Shown here: piece by piece, positions 43,653 through 54,500 of the stretch
How positions within the stretch are numbered: position 1 is the first letter of the stretch
Layout of the letters: each line of letters begins with the position of its first letter
NCBI GenBank assembly: GCA_963662465.1
Contig: OY759599.1
Coordinates: forward strand, 960,001 to 1,024,000
Length of the DNA stretch: 64,000 nucleotides
Reading direction: 5' to 3'
DNA from: Desulfatiglandales bacterium
Lineage (GTDB): Bacteria > Desulfobacterota > DSM-4660 > Desulfatiglandales > Desulfatiglandaceae
The notes under the pieces: generated by a model
Seen by the model: only the letters and a program-made list of their open reading frames with translations
Database searches by the model: none
Told to the model about the DNA's origin: nothing
Position numbers and translations under genes: made by a program

Positions 43653-46600
43653 ATGAGGTTATTTGTGGAATTGCACAAATTCGCGAACTCTGCCCTTTTC
43701 ACCGGCGGGTTGATTGTGATGTTGATATTGCTGGGTTCCGCCTCAAGCGGGATGTGTAACACTGTTGACGGTCTCAACAACCAGCCCGACAAGACCCCCA
43801 AAGTGGGAGACCCGGTGTCCGCGGCCACCGGAGAGGAGTTGATGACCCTTCCCCTGTTTCATCTGCCGGGCCCAATGCCCATTGATCTCACGCTTTACTA
43901 CATGTCCCAGTCCAGCTCGCCGTCAGAGTTCGGCAATCAGTTTTTTCTGAATGTTCCGTATATGTGGCGTATCGGGGACGACATCAGCGTCACCTTTGTA
44001 AATGGCATGGACGAGGTGGAGTTTCACAAAAACGCTGAAAATGACTGGGAAATGATCGGTCACTCCTCCTGGCCCTATGAACTCAAGGCTGCGGGGGATC
44101 ACTTTTTTTTGAAAAATTCCGCGGACAATACGGTTTTCTATTTTGAGAAGTTCAACGATTTTCTTTGGTTGTGCCGAAAAAAAATGGATCGCGCCGGTAA
44201 CTCGCTGACCTACACCTACAGTGCGTTTGCCGGCAAGTCCTTTCCCGGGCTGGTCTCCATTGAGAGTTCCGCGGGCCGGAAGATTGACTTCACCATACAG
44301 GAAGTGAATGGCAAATGGGTGGTGACCGCCATTGAAACGGACACCACGCCTGCGCAGTCCCGGACATTTTCCTACACCGGCGGATATCTCACATCCATGG
44401 TAAACCCCGATGGCAAAGCTGCCACTTTTGCCTATGACGGCGACAACCGCCTCACCGCCATGACCACTCCCCGGGGAACGGTTCCCTACACTTCAGAGTA
44501 CGACAGCGTGGAGGTTCACGGCACGGACAGCAGCATGTTCATTCCCGTGGTGGTAAAACAGACCGACGCCATGGGAAATATCACGCAGCTCGCATACGAT
44601 TTTCCCGACAACAAGGTGATTGAGACCCGGCCCGACGGCCGGCAGAATACCTTCATCACCGCGGGATATCAGGGGGAGTACGGTCGCACCGGCGGCGCGG
44701 CGCTGCAGGTGAGCCCCTCCGGTCTCGGTACTCTGAATTTTCAACAAAACGGCGAGGGAAACATCACACAGGCCCAAACCCAGGGCGGTGCAACTCTCTC
44801 CTTTGACTATGATGCCACCTCCGGCCGTCTGTCATCCTATGCAGTGGGAAACGATCGCATTTCCATGGACCATACCCCCGTTGCCCAAACCTTTTACGGG
44901 CTGAACAGCGACACCGCAGCATTCATTTTCGCCGATGAAACCTCCCGCCTCTATTTTCCCAGCAACGGAACCGAAACCCTGACCTATGACGATAAGGGGA
45001 ACCTTCTCACCTTCCAGGACATGGGCGGCAACATTTGGAGTTATACCCGAAACAGTCGGGGTCAGGCCACTCAGATCGAAAATCCCCTGGGAGCGGTCGA
45101 AACATTCTCCTACAACACGGACCAGCTCCTTGCGACCCACTCATCTTCGGTCAGCGGGACCACTACGATGGTCTATGATGCCTACGGCCGCCTCACCACC
45201 ACCACTGATGGGATGGGAAATACCCGAACCCTGACATATGATGATATGGGCCGCCTTACCCAGGAGGTCAACGAGTTGGGGCAGGTGACCGGGATGGCCT
45301 ATGACCCGAACGGCAACCTTGACTCCACCACCGATCCCCAGGGAAACGTGACCGAGTTCACCTATGACCCCATGGACCGCTTGGTGCGGACACAGGCCGC
45401 CAACGGTGAAACGGCATCCATTACCTACGATTCCATGGGGCAGGTCGCCTCCACCACCGGCCCGTCCGGCATCTCCACCCAATACCAGTACACGGCCGGC
45501 GGCTTGGTGAGCCGTATGATAAAAGGAAATTATATCTGGGAAGGCGCTTATGACACGGACGGTCTTTTGGCCACGGATCAGGAAACCGGTGGCGTGGCTT
45601 ATACCTATGCCCATGATGCGGCGGGTCGGGTTACTCGAATCCAGGACGTGGAAGGCCGGGTCTGGCAATACACTTATGACGCGTTCGGGAAACTTCTTAC
45701 CAGCATCAACCCCGCGGGACAGACCATCCAATACGCGTATGACGGCATGGGCAGGCTGATGGAAGCTACCCTGCCCGGAAACCGGAAAGGAACTTACGAA
45801 TATAATGGGATCGGGAACCTCACCCAGATCACGGGGCCACAGGGCGGGAAATGGCAATTCCAGTACACCACGGCAGGTCAACTGACACAGCAGACCGACC
45901 CTCTGGGGGGCACTATCAGCTACACGTACGACACATTGGGTCGAATGGCCACCCGGACCGACGCCATGGGAACGATGCAGACGTTTGAGCATGACGCGCT
46001 TGACCGGGTCACCCGAATAAACTCCGGCAGCGATATTTTGACCTACGCGTTTGACCCTAATGGCCGGATGACCCAGACCCGGGGCCTTTCCCTCACGTAT
46101 GATGCCTTGAGCCGGGTCACCCGGTGCATGAGCGGAAACACTACCTATGATCTCACCTGGAACACCAAAGGCCAGCTCGTCACCCTGACCCAAACGCCGG
46201 GAAATCTCACCATTGCCTATACATACGACGCGATCACCGGCGATATTGTGTCGGTATCGGATTCAAAGGGATTGGGATCCGCATCCTTCTCGTATGATGA
46301 CGCGGGCCGGGTGACGGGCATCACCCGAAAAAACGGGGTTTCCACTACTTTTACCGTTGATGCGGCCACAAGCCGGATCACCCACGTCACCGACGGCGAT
46401 TTCACGGATGTAACCTACACCCTCGATACCCTTGGACGGATTACCGCCTTGGACGGCGCACTGCCCCTGGAACCCGGCGCTTACCTATCAGCCCGGGACG
46501 AAACACACACCTTCAACGCCATGAATCAGGTAACGGATGCCGGCTACACCTACGACGCAGCAGGGCGTCTCCTCGCCACACCAGATATGACGCTTTCCTG

Positions 46601-47819
46601 GAACGGATTTTCCCAGCTCACGGCCATCAACGACGCCGTATATACCTATGATGGGTTGAATCGAATCCTGACCGCCGCGTTAAACGGGACTACCACCGGC
46701 TACAGCTATTGCGGCACCGTGGACAGCCAGACACCCCTGCGTATTCACAATGACGCCATTGAATGGACCCAGGTAGTGGCGCCCGGATGGGGGCTGGTTT
46801 ACTCCATCCGCACCACGCCGGATGGAGAGGCGGTCGTCTATTACCACACGGACTGCCGGGGTTCGGTCATTGCCGTGACCGATGCTGCAGGGGCGGTCAT
46901 CCATCGGTTCGGATATACCCCGTATGGCCGACTGCTGGCCGACGAAGGCGTCGCTCAAAGAGCTGACGCCGGTTCGCCCCGTCCGCCCTTTTTGTACCTC
47001 GGCCACTATGGTTGCCACACCCTGCCCGGAACGGAAGCGCTATATCGGCACGGCGCAAGGGCTTATTTTGCGGCGGTGGGGCAGTTTGTTTCACCTGAAA
47101 CAGAATGGCCGGACCTTGGAAATCCGGCACGATTGAATGTGTACCATTATGCGACATCGGATCCTATTAATTATGTCGATTTTAACGGATTCGCAATGGA
47201 TATCAATAAATTGAGAGAAGCATATGCTTCGTTGGAAAAACAATTTAAATTAACACATAAACAAAACTATAAAGAACCGGAAACGGATCCGAATTTTAAA
47301 TCGTTCCCTGATTACCGTCGCATACCGGTGAGGCAGTCATCCGAATTAAACGCTGCTCTAGAAGAAAATAAAGGTGAAATATGGGTGGATTTTTATCTTG
47401 CGTATAACAGTCCATTTCGAGATGTATTGAAAGGATTGGGTAAAATCAATCGGCAGGGACGGGCGCGAATCATCCCGGAGGAAAATTTTGGTAAAGCCTT
47501 GGAAATTGCAGAAAAACTGATCATTTACATGGGCTATGACACCCGATATGCTAATGGCAATTTCCTTAAACTCGGGCAGGATATCGTCGAATGGATATGG
47601 TGGGAGCGAGAGAGATTGAAGAAAGTAAGGCGAAAAATAGCGTTAACTCGAGGGCTCCTTTTTGGAGAGGGTGAACTGAGTCCGGGCGCCGGAATGGTGG
47701 AGGAAGCTATACAGGCCCTTGGCCTCAAGTTCATAGAACCAAATAGAAAGAAAGAAATAATGTTTTGTCCGCCGTATCCTGCATTAGATAAAGCAATCAG
47801 TTTGAGTATCGCGAAGTAA
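43653..47819 (+). CDS. RHS/YD-repeat protein with variable C-terminal domain
   Basis: VGDPVSAATGE, many YD repeats, YYHTDCRGSV, YHYATSDPINYVDFNG followed by an AT-rich ~210-aa tail; start uncertain. Confidence 0.9.
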   Translation: MRLFVELHKFANSALFTGGLIVMLILLGSASSGMCNTVDGLNNQPDKTPKVGDPVSAATGEELMTLPLFHLPGPMPIDLTLYYMSQSSSPSEFGNQFFLNVPYMWRIGDDISVTFVNGMDEVEFHKNAENDWEMIGHSSWPYELKAAGDHFFLKNSADNTVFYFEKFNDFLWLCRKKMDRAGNSLTYTYSAFAGKSFPGLVSIESSAGRKIDFTIQEVNGKWVVTAIETDTTPAQSRTFSYTGGYLTSMVNPDGKAATFAYDGDNRLTAMTTPRGTVPYTSEYDSVEVHGTDSSMFIPVVVKQTDAMGNITQLAYDFPDNKVIETRPDGRQNTFITAGYQGEYGRTGGAALQVSPSGLGTLNFQQNGEGNITQAQTQGGATLSFDYDATSGRLSSYAVGNDRISMDHTPVAQTFYGLNSDTAAFIFADETSRLYFPSNGTETLTYDDKGNLLTFQDMGGNIWSYTRNSRGQATQIENPLGAVETFSYNTDQLLATHSSSVSGTTTMVYDAYGRLTTTTDGMGNTRTLTYDDMGRLTQEVNELGQVTGMAYDPNGNLDSTTDPQGNVTEFTYDPMDRLVRTQAANGETASITYDSMGQVASTTGPSGISTQYQYTAGGLVSRMIKGNYIWEGAYDTDGLLATDQETGGVAYTYAHDAAGRVTRIQDVEGRVWQYTYDAFGKLLTSINPAGQTIQYAYDGMGRLMEATLPGNRKGTYEYNGIGNLTQITGPQGGKWQFQYTTAGQLTQQTDPLGGTISYTYDTLGRMATRTDAMGTMQTFEHDALDRVTRINSGSDILTYAFDPNGRMTQTRGLSLTYDALSRVTRCMSGNTTYDLTWNTKGQLVTLTQTPGNLTIAYTYDAITGDIVSVSDSKGLGSASFSYDDAGRVTGITRKNGVSTTFTVDAATSRITHVTDGDFTDVTYTLDTLGRITALDGALPLEPGAYLSARDETHTFNAMNQVTDAGYTYDAAGRLLATPDMTLSWNGFSQLTAINDAVYTYDGLNRILTAALNGTTTGYSYCGTVDSQTPLRIHNDAIEWTQVVAPGWGLVYSIRTTPDGEAVVYYHTDCRGSVIAVTDAAGAVIHRFGYTPYGRLLADEGVAQRADAGSPRPPFLYLGHYGCHTLPGTEALYRHGARAYFAAVGQFVSPETEWPDLGNPARLNVYHYATSDPINYVDFNGFAMDINKLREAYASLEKQFKLTHKQNYKEPETDPNFKSFPDYRRIPVRQSSELNAALEENKGEIWVDFYLAYNSPFRDVLKGLGKINRQGRARIIPEENFGKALEIAEKLIIYMGYDTRYANGNFLKLGQDIVEWIWWERERLKKVRRKIALTRGLLFGEGELSPGAGMVEEAIQALGLKFIEPNRKKEIMFCPPYPALDKAISLSIAK

Positions 47820-47844
47820 TTTTTTATTATTAAGGAATAAAATT

Positions 47845-48534
47845 ATGATCAAATATCCTCATGTCTGCTGTACAATATTGCTTTTTGCGCTTTTTTTTGC
47901 GGTTCCGGCCCAGGGTGCGAACATCACCTACACCTATGACAATGCCGGACAGCTGACCAAAGCCGATTACGGCGGTGGCAAAAATATTGCCTATGCCTAT
48001 GACGCCGGCGGGAATATGCTGCGGCGGCAAAGCATTGGAGATGCCGCGACCTACACCCTTACGGTAAACAGCGGTACGGGCGGCGGTGAGTACGAAGCGG
48101 GAACGGTTGTGGCCATCTCCGCCAACGCTCCGGCCGCGGGCAAGGTGTTTGACCAATGGACAGGCGACACAGGCCCCGTGGCCGATGTGAACAGCGCCAC
48201 GACCAACGTGACCATGCCGGCGGCGAATGTCGCTGTAACCGCTGCCTACGGGGATCAACCCATCGTATATGTGAGCGAAACAGGCTGTGGGAACCTCAAG
48301 CCCTGTTACGCCACCCTTAACGAGGCTGTGATGGACGTGGAAAGCGACACCCTGGTCAAAGTTGCGGGAGACCTTTCCACCCAGACAAACGTGGATGCAG
48401 CCAAAACCCTGTATATCGAGTTTGGCTATGACGCCAACTTCACCGGAAACGATGGCGGCGTGACCCGGATACAGGGGTCTTTCACCGCCAAGGACAAGAC
48501 CATTATTCGTTCCGGGACCATTCGGGTCAGATAG
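47845..48534 (+). CDS. Secreted short YD-repeat plus B-repeat protein
   Basis: Signal peptide (AQG), YTYDNAGQLT..YAYDAGGNM, YTLTVNSG..GKVFDQWTG. Confidence 0.8.
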   Translation: MIKYPHVCCTILLFALFFAVPAQGANITYTYDNAGQLTKADYGGGKNIAYAYDAGGNMLRRQSIGDAATYTLTVNSGTGGGEYEAGTVVAISANAPAAGKVFDQWTGDTGPVADVNSATTNVTMPAANVAVTAAYGDQPIVYVSETGCGNLKPCYATLNEAVMDVESDTLVKVAGDLSTQTNVDAAKTLYIEFGYDANFTGNDGGVTRIQGSFTAKDKTIIRSGTIRVR

Positions 48535-48716
48535 ACTGGAAACAGAAATTCTATTTGCATCAGAAATTATCGCGTGCTAAATTTTTTAGAGGTTGATGAT
48601 GAATGGCATGGCACAAGATATCGGGGCATCACCAACGGTGGTCTGAATCCATGGCGCTGGTAGTAAGTTATTGATCTCGCAATATTATATCATCGCCAAT
48701 CATTGTTGGTCTCTCA

Positions 48717-48885
48717 ATTAATCGGTTCATCGCGGATTAACGTGAAATCGCGCTTTGAGATTGTTTCGGTTCGGGCTGTAGGTGCGACTTCAGTCGCACA
48801 GGGTCGGCTTAATGTGCGACTGAAGTCGCACCTACAATCGGCTCAGAAGCCAAATCTCACGCGAATCCACGATGAGCCAATTAAT
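48717..48885. repeat. REP doublet nested in a larger inverted repeat (REPIN/MITE-like)
   Basis: GTAGGTGCGACTTCAGTCGCACA-N12-TGTGCGACTGAAGTCGCACCTAC at 48778-48835; imperfect outer arms of ~33 bp. Confidence 0.85.
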
Positions 48886-49072
48886 CACACTTTTGGCGGC
48901 TGAAAAGCGGCCTACAATATGTTGTATCTGGTCTCCTACACCCAGGGCGGATGGCTTGACAATTTAGGGTTAAGCATGTCAATGGTATGTTCGATGATGG
49001 CGAAATTCAAAAATAATGCGATTACCAAATGCTTAAGAACCAATCCAGATTTAAAAGAATTCATCAGATTCA

Positions 49073-51048
49073 TTGGAGAAGCGATTGGCGAGAATATTAA
49101 TTTTACTGAATTGTGCTATACTTCTGTTGGTCTTACTTTCGCCGGCCGTTGCCGAAAGTGAAGCTGTTCCCAGAGTCCTGATTCTTCATTCCTACCATTC
49201 TCCCTATGTTTGGACTGACCGTATTATGGACGGCATGATGAGCATTCTACGGCTGGCCGATGATAAAATCGACATTTATACGGAATATCTGGATGCGCAG
49301 AGAATCCCAAAACAAGCATCCTGGCCGGCTTTTGAGCACTGCCTGAAGGTCAAGTACGCAGGTGAAAAATTTGATGTCATTCTGGCCTCAGACGATGATA
49401 TGCTCGATTTTTTGATTCCCCGGTACGAGGCCTTGTTTCCCGACACCCCTGTTGTATTTTGCGGCATCAACAACCTGGATGAAAGCAGATTTGAAAAGCA
49501 CCGCGCATTCAAGGGGGTCAATCAGGAAATTGATGCCAAAGGAACCATTCTGCTCGCGCTGAAACTGCTGCCGGACACTGAAAAAATTCTGGTCATCTCG
49601 GATCGAACCTCCGGCGGCATCAAAACCACCCAAAAGTTCAAGAACGATATCCAGGAAATGGGCACTTTGAAGCAGAAGTTTCAACTGATGGACGATTATA
49701 CGCTGCCGGCACTTAAGAAACGCCTTCAAGCGCTTGGGCCCAACGACCTTGTTCTGGTGCTCAGAATTCAGAAAATCAAAGGAATCGACGAGCGATCCCC
49801 TGCCCGATTCGCGAAAATCGTAACGGACACGGCGCCGGTTCCGGCCTTCAAGCTCTGGGACATTGGTGAAAGTGATTTTGTGGGCGGTGTCTTGGTGTCA
49901 CCCTTTGAACAGGGCAAAACCGCGGCGGAAATCGCCTTGAGGATCCTTAAAGGGGAAGGTTTCAGAAATATTCCACGGGTGACCGGAAGCCCCAATGTTT
50001 CCATGCTCAATTATGCCGTCATGAAAAAGTTCAATATCAATCTAAAAAACATTCCCGACGGCACCACGATAACCGATCGCCCGATTTCGATTCTGGAAGA
50101 ATACTCGGGCCTGGCCCGTCTTGTTTTGTTCATTTTCGTGGTAATGGCTTTGGTTGTTCTTTCGCTCGTTATCATCCTCTTCCAAAGGAGAAAAAGCGAG
50201 AAACTGATTCTAGAGAGCAAAAGAAAGTTGTTTGAAAGTGAAAAAAATATCGCCTTATTGTTGAAAATCAAAACGAACTGGTGGTTAAATTCGACAATAA
50301 TAAGAGAATTCTGTATGTGAGCCCCACTTACTGCAAGACATTTGGGATCAATGAGGACGAAATACTTGGAAAAAGTTTTTTCCCATTAGTCCACAGAGAC
50401 GATCTTGAGGCCGTTAAGAAATCCATCGATTCTTTGACCAAACCACCTTATAGAACCTACCATGAAGAGCGTGCTAAAACTGTCAACGGTTAGCGCTGGT
50501 TCGCTTGGTCTTTGAAAGCTTTGATGGATGAAAATGGCGATATCAATGAAATTATTTCGGTTGGAAGGGACATCACCGAGCAGAAAAATCGGGAAGAAGC
50601 CCTGATCAAGAGCGAATCTTCTCTTCGGGAAGGTCAGGAAATTGCCAAGTTCGGCAACTGGGAAATGGACGTCTCATCAAAGTGGATCGCCTGGTCGGAT
50701 GAAAATTTTCGGATCTTTGGGATAGACCGACCACACGAGGGAGGCCTGTCATTCGATGATTTTATGAAATTCGTGCACCCGGATGACCGCGCTTTAATTT
50801 TTGAACTCTGGGAGAGAGACTTGCCGCCAAGGGACGTTCGAAATTAGAGTACAGGGCGATTCGTCCGAATGGTGAGATCCGCTGGATCTCTGGGCGGGGT
50901 AAAACATACTTTGACGAAAACGGAACCCCTGTAAGGATGTTTGGGGTCTTACAGGATGTCACCAAACGCAAACAAGCAGAAAACGATTTGAAGATAAGCG
51001 AAAACAGACTGAAAAATATCATTGAAAGTACCACGAATCTTTTCTATT
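49073..51048 (+). pseudogene. Hybrid sensor histidine kinase, 5' part (periplasmic binding domain, PAS domains)
   Basis: RVLILHSYH..WTD, TM helix, PAS/PAC motifs; frameshifts near 50245 and 50820, TAG at 50491; interrupted by a mobile element. Confidence 0.85.
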
Positions 51049-51298
51049 CTTCAACGCTAATCAAAACTGAACCAAGTTTGCTAATGGAAATTGAACCATT
51101 GGCTGTCACCGCCGGTGAGTACGGCCCTCAGGTATAGCGGACGATGAGGGATCCATAAGTGGCGGCAAAGGAGTCGTTGATGTAGATTTACTTTTCAATA
51201 AATTTTTATAAAATCTATTTTCTTTGGATTTGGTTTTCTTCTTCCAAGACAGAGGCTTGGTTAAGTGGAAATGCGATTTACTTTGTAGAATGGATGGT

Positions 51299-51334
51299 GA
51301 AGGCCCGAAGTAGCCGCTTCGGGCCTTCTTTTTT
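51299..51334 (+). terminator. Intrinsic terminator in the element leader
   Basis: 12-bp perfect stem gaaggcccgaag/cttcgggccttc, 6-nt loop, T6 tail. Confidence 0.7.
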
Positions 51335-51410
51335 GACCACCGGATAGAGCCGGAAGCCACACACACGCCAATTTTATATAAGTGTGTTTCCGGCCAATTG
51401 CAAGGCTGGA

Positions 51411-51827
51411 ATGATGGGAGATGTCCTTTTAAGAGTGGTTCAATGCCGATGTTGTGGTTGCTTTTTTCACGTCTGTCGGTCGTGTTGGCGTGGCCAGGCC
51501 TATTGTGGGGAACGATGTCGCAGGATACGCCAAAGACAGCTGCACCGGAAAGCTCAGGGGAAATACCGCAATTCGAAAAAAGGGAAAGAGCGCCGTCGTT
51601 TGTACGAAAAAACAAAAAAATCCAAAAAAAATGGACTGAACCCTGGTGATGATAGTTCAACACCTCAAAAAGACTGTGATATTGAACCCAAAAAGCGGTC
51701 GGGGAACCGACCCAGCTGTCTTTTTTGCGGGTCGATCGGGGTTGTTGTGGACCATTTTCCTCGCCGTGCTTATGCAGGGAGGGTTTTTTCAGATGTAACA
51801 GGCTTTGAGAAAACCCCATATCCATGA
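51411..51827 (+). CDS. Basic Cys-rich (Zn-binding) hypothetical protein
   Basis: CRCC..CRSC..YCGERC and CLFC; first gene of a tightly coupled run. Confidence 0.65.
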   Translation: MMGDVLLRVVQCRCCGCFFHVCRSCWRGQAYCGERCRRIRQRQLHRKAQGKYRNSKKGKERRRLYEKTKKSKKNGLNPGDDSSTPQKDCDIEPKKRSGNRPSCLFCGSIGVVVDHFPRRAYAGRVFSDVTGFEKTPYP

Positions 51828-51839
51828 CAGGAGAAAAAA

Positions 51840-52259
51840 ATGATCAAAAAAAGAGTCCTTTTTCCCGAAAGAGTGCGTGTCATCAATGGAAGCTTCGGCT
51901 TTCTGGAGCATCGTTTTTTGAGAAACGGCTTTTGGGAGAGCCTGAATCATCATGAGCTGCTGCTCTACATTTTTCTGGTGTTGGTATCTGACAAAAACGG
52001 GCTCTCTTATTATGGTTACGACAGAATCTGCCGGATTTTAAAGGTGCATTTGGATCAATATATCGATGCCCGCGATGGCTTGTTGGACAAGGATCTGATT
52101 GGGTTTGATGGCCGTCTGTTTCAGGTTCTTTCGCTTCCCAGACGTCCTGTGATTGTGAAACAGGTAAAGGAGATCCGGCAAGGAAATTGGGTCAGTCTTG
52201 GAGAAACCATAGAGGAAATCTTTCGGGAGACTGGGTATGGAATCCATCCGAACCGTTGA
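51840..52259 (+). CDS. Winged-helix-like hypothetical protein
   Basis: LLLYIFLVLVSDKNGLSYYGYDRICRIL resembles replication-initiator N-terminal wHTH; AGGAG RBS. Confidence 0.65.
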   Translation: MIKKRVLFPERVRVINGSFGFLEHRFLRNGFWESLNHHELLLYIFLVLVSDKNGLSYYGYDRICRILKVHLDQYIDARDGLLDKDLIGFDGRLFQVLSLPRRPVIVKQVKEIRQGNWVSLGETIEEIFRETGYGIHPNR

Positions 52260-53121
52260 TATTCATTTGCTGGAGTTGCGTTACGCTCATTGCCGGATAA
52301 TGAATCACCAGGCTTTAAAGCGATTGAGGGATTCCATCGAAACTTACGGGCAGATCGTTCCGGCCCTGGCTATTGAAGAAAAAGACAAACTGATTCTGAT
52401 TGATGGCTACCTGCGTGTTCGAGCGCTTTGTGCTTGTGGAAAGGACCGGATATGTGTCCAATTCTCAAAAGAAAACGAACAAAATGCCATGTTTTCGCTT
52501 TTAACCAAGGCCAATGAACGGCAATGGGAAGTCATTGAGCAGTCTGTTTTACTTCAGGAATTACATCGGCGTTTTGGGTGCAGCCTCTCCCATATTGCAA
52601 CCCGAATAGGGCGCGACAAGAGTTTTGTAAAACGGCGGCTGGACCTGGTTGAAGCCCTGCCGGAAAATATTTTGAGAACCGTGATTGCAGGCTCACTTTC
52701 AACCTGGGCTGCCAGCCGTGTCATGGCGCCGTTGGCGCGCGCCAACGGTGAAGACGCACAAAAACTGTTGGCCCACCTGGAAAAAGAACCTCTATCCACA
52801 AGGGAACTGGCCCGTTTCTACGCACATTACCAGAAAAGCAACCGGTCTGTTCGAGACCACATGCTGGAAAATCCATCCCTTTTCATAAAAGTTCTCGAAC
52901 AAAGAACCCAGTCTAAACAAGCCAAAGAAGTTCATGATGGACCGGAAGGCAAATGGTTCAAGGATATTGAAATGGTATATGCGGTTCTCAAACGTCTGGT
53001 GAAAACCGTTTCGCATGTCCATTACCCAAAAAGCGATCAGTTGAAGAAACAAACGCTCAAAACCTGGGTGAAAAAGATAGAAAAACAAGCACTGGAACTC
53101 AAGAAAGCGACCCAATTATGA
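52237..53121 (+). CDS. ParB/RepB/Spo0J family protein
   Basis: LRDSIETYGQIVP, LIDGYLRVRA, HTH SLSHIATRIGRDKSFVKRRL. Confidence 0.8.
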   Translation: MESIRTVDIHLLELRYAHCRIMNHQALKRLRDSIETYGQIVPALAIEEKDKLILIDGYLRVRALCACGKDRICVQFSKENEQNAMFSLLTKANERQWEVIEQSVLLQELHRRFGCSLSHIATRIGRDKSFVKRRLDLVEALPENILRTVIAGSLSTWAASRVMAPLARANGEDAQKLLAHLEKEPLSTRELARFYAHYQKSNRSVRDHMLENPSLFIKVLEQRTQSKQAKEVHDGPEGKWFKDIEMVYAVLKRLVKTVSHVHYPKSDQLKKQTLKTWVKKIEKQALELKKATQL

Positions 53122-54500
53122 TCCGACAATCCAAAAAAGATGCCATTGTGGAATTGAAAAAAACCGGCATGAGTTTGCGCGACATCGCCAAAACCCTGAA
53201 GGCCGGTCGCAATACCGTCACGAAGGTTTTAGATGATCATGACGAAGAGGCGGTACCCCAAAGGAACTCCCGGTATGAAGAACATGTCCCGTTGATCCGC
53301 GAGCTTTTCAAGGAATGTAAAGGAAATGCCGTGCGAGTAGCCGAGGAACTGGAAAGCCGCCAACAGATCAAAATCCCTTATCAGAGTCTGACCTGGATTA
53401 TGAGAAAGTACGAGATCCGGGAACGTAAAAAAAGACGGGCGGGCCAATACCATTTTAAACCCGGTCAGGAGATGCAGCATGATACGTCACCCCATCTGGT
53501 TGTCATTAATGGGAAAAAAATGTCGACCCAGTGCGCGTCCCTGACCCTGGCCTTTTGCCGAAGGATTTTTATTCAGTATTACCCCTGTTTTACCCGGTTT
53601 GAGTGCAAGGTTTTCCTAAAAAAAGCATTCGAGTTTATGGACGGGGTGTGTTCCCGGTGCATGGTTGACAACACCAATGTTATTGTGGCCGGCGGCACCG
53701 GGCCTGATGCATTGATTGCGCCTGAAATGAAATACTTCGGCGATATGTATGGAACCCGGTTTGAGGCCCATGCTGTAGGAGACGCCAATCGAAGTGCCCG
53801 TGTGGAAAGGCCTTTTCATTTTGTGGAAAACAATTTTCTTCCCGGTAGAACATTTGTTAGCTGGCAGGATTTGAACCGGCAGGCAATCGACTGGTGCCGG
53901 AATACAAGCGATAAAAAGTTTAAACGGGCTTTAGGGATGACGCCGGATGAGGCCTATGTCATTGAAAAGCCATATCTCATTGATTTACCGGCATACCAGC
54001 CGCCAGTCTATGTGGCAGAACACAGGGTAGCCGATGTTCAGGGATATGTGCACTTGGACACCAACCGCTATTCAGTCCCTGAAGCGCTGATTGGGAACTC
54101 CCTGGAAGTACAGAAACATTGGCTCAAGGTCATCGTTTACGACAAAAACACAAAAGTGGCGGAACATGACCGCATACTGGATAAACGCAACACCCGAACA
54201 ACCCTGCCCGGTCACCATGTTCCCATTCGAAGAAAAAAAGATCCCCGAATCCCTTCAAAAGAAGAACAGCTGTTGACGGGAGAGGATGCCATCCTGGATG
54301 AGTATGTGGCTGAACTGAAGAAAAGAAGTCACGGTCGCGGTGTGGTCAAGTTACGTCGGTTGCTTCATCTGAAACGCACTTATCCCGGGGAACCTTTTTT
54401 GAAAGCCATAACACAGGCGCTTAAATATGGACTTTTTGATTTGTCGCGTCTGGAAAACATTATTCTCGATTATATCGCGGGAGACTTTTTTGATCTATGA
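53118..54500 (+). CDS. istA: IS21-family transposase
   Basis: N-terminal HTH, PGQEMQHD, MVDN, ARVERPFHFVENNF, DTNRYSVP. Confidence 0.85.
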   Translation: MIRQSKKDAIVELKKTGMSLRDIAKTLKAGRNTVTKVLDDHDEEAVPQRNSRYEEHVPLIRELFKECKGNAVRVAEELESRQQIKIPYQSLTWIMRKYEIRERKKRRAGQYHFKPGQEMQHDTSPHLVVINGKKMSTQCASLTLAFCRRIFIQYYPCFTRFECKVFLKKAFEFMDGVCSRCMVDNTNVIVAGGTGPDALIAPEMKYFGDMYGTRFEAHAVGDANRSARVERPFHFVENNFLPGRTFVSWQDLNRQAIDWCRNTSDKKFKRALGMTPDEAYVIEKPYLIDLPAYQPPVYVAEHRVADVQGYVHLDTNRYSVPEALIGNSLEVQKHWLKVIVYDKNTKVAEHDRILDKRNTRTTLPGHHVPIRRKKDPRIPSKEEQLLTGEDAILDEYVAELKKRSHGRGVVKLRRLLHLKRTYPGEPFLKAITQALKYGLFDLSRLENIILDYIAGDFFDL

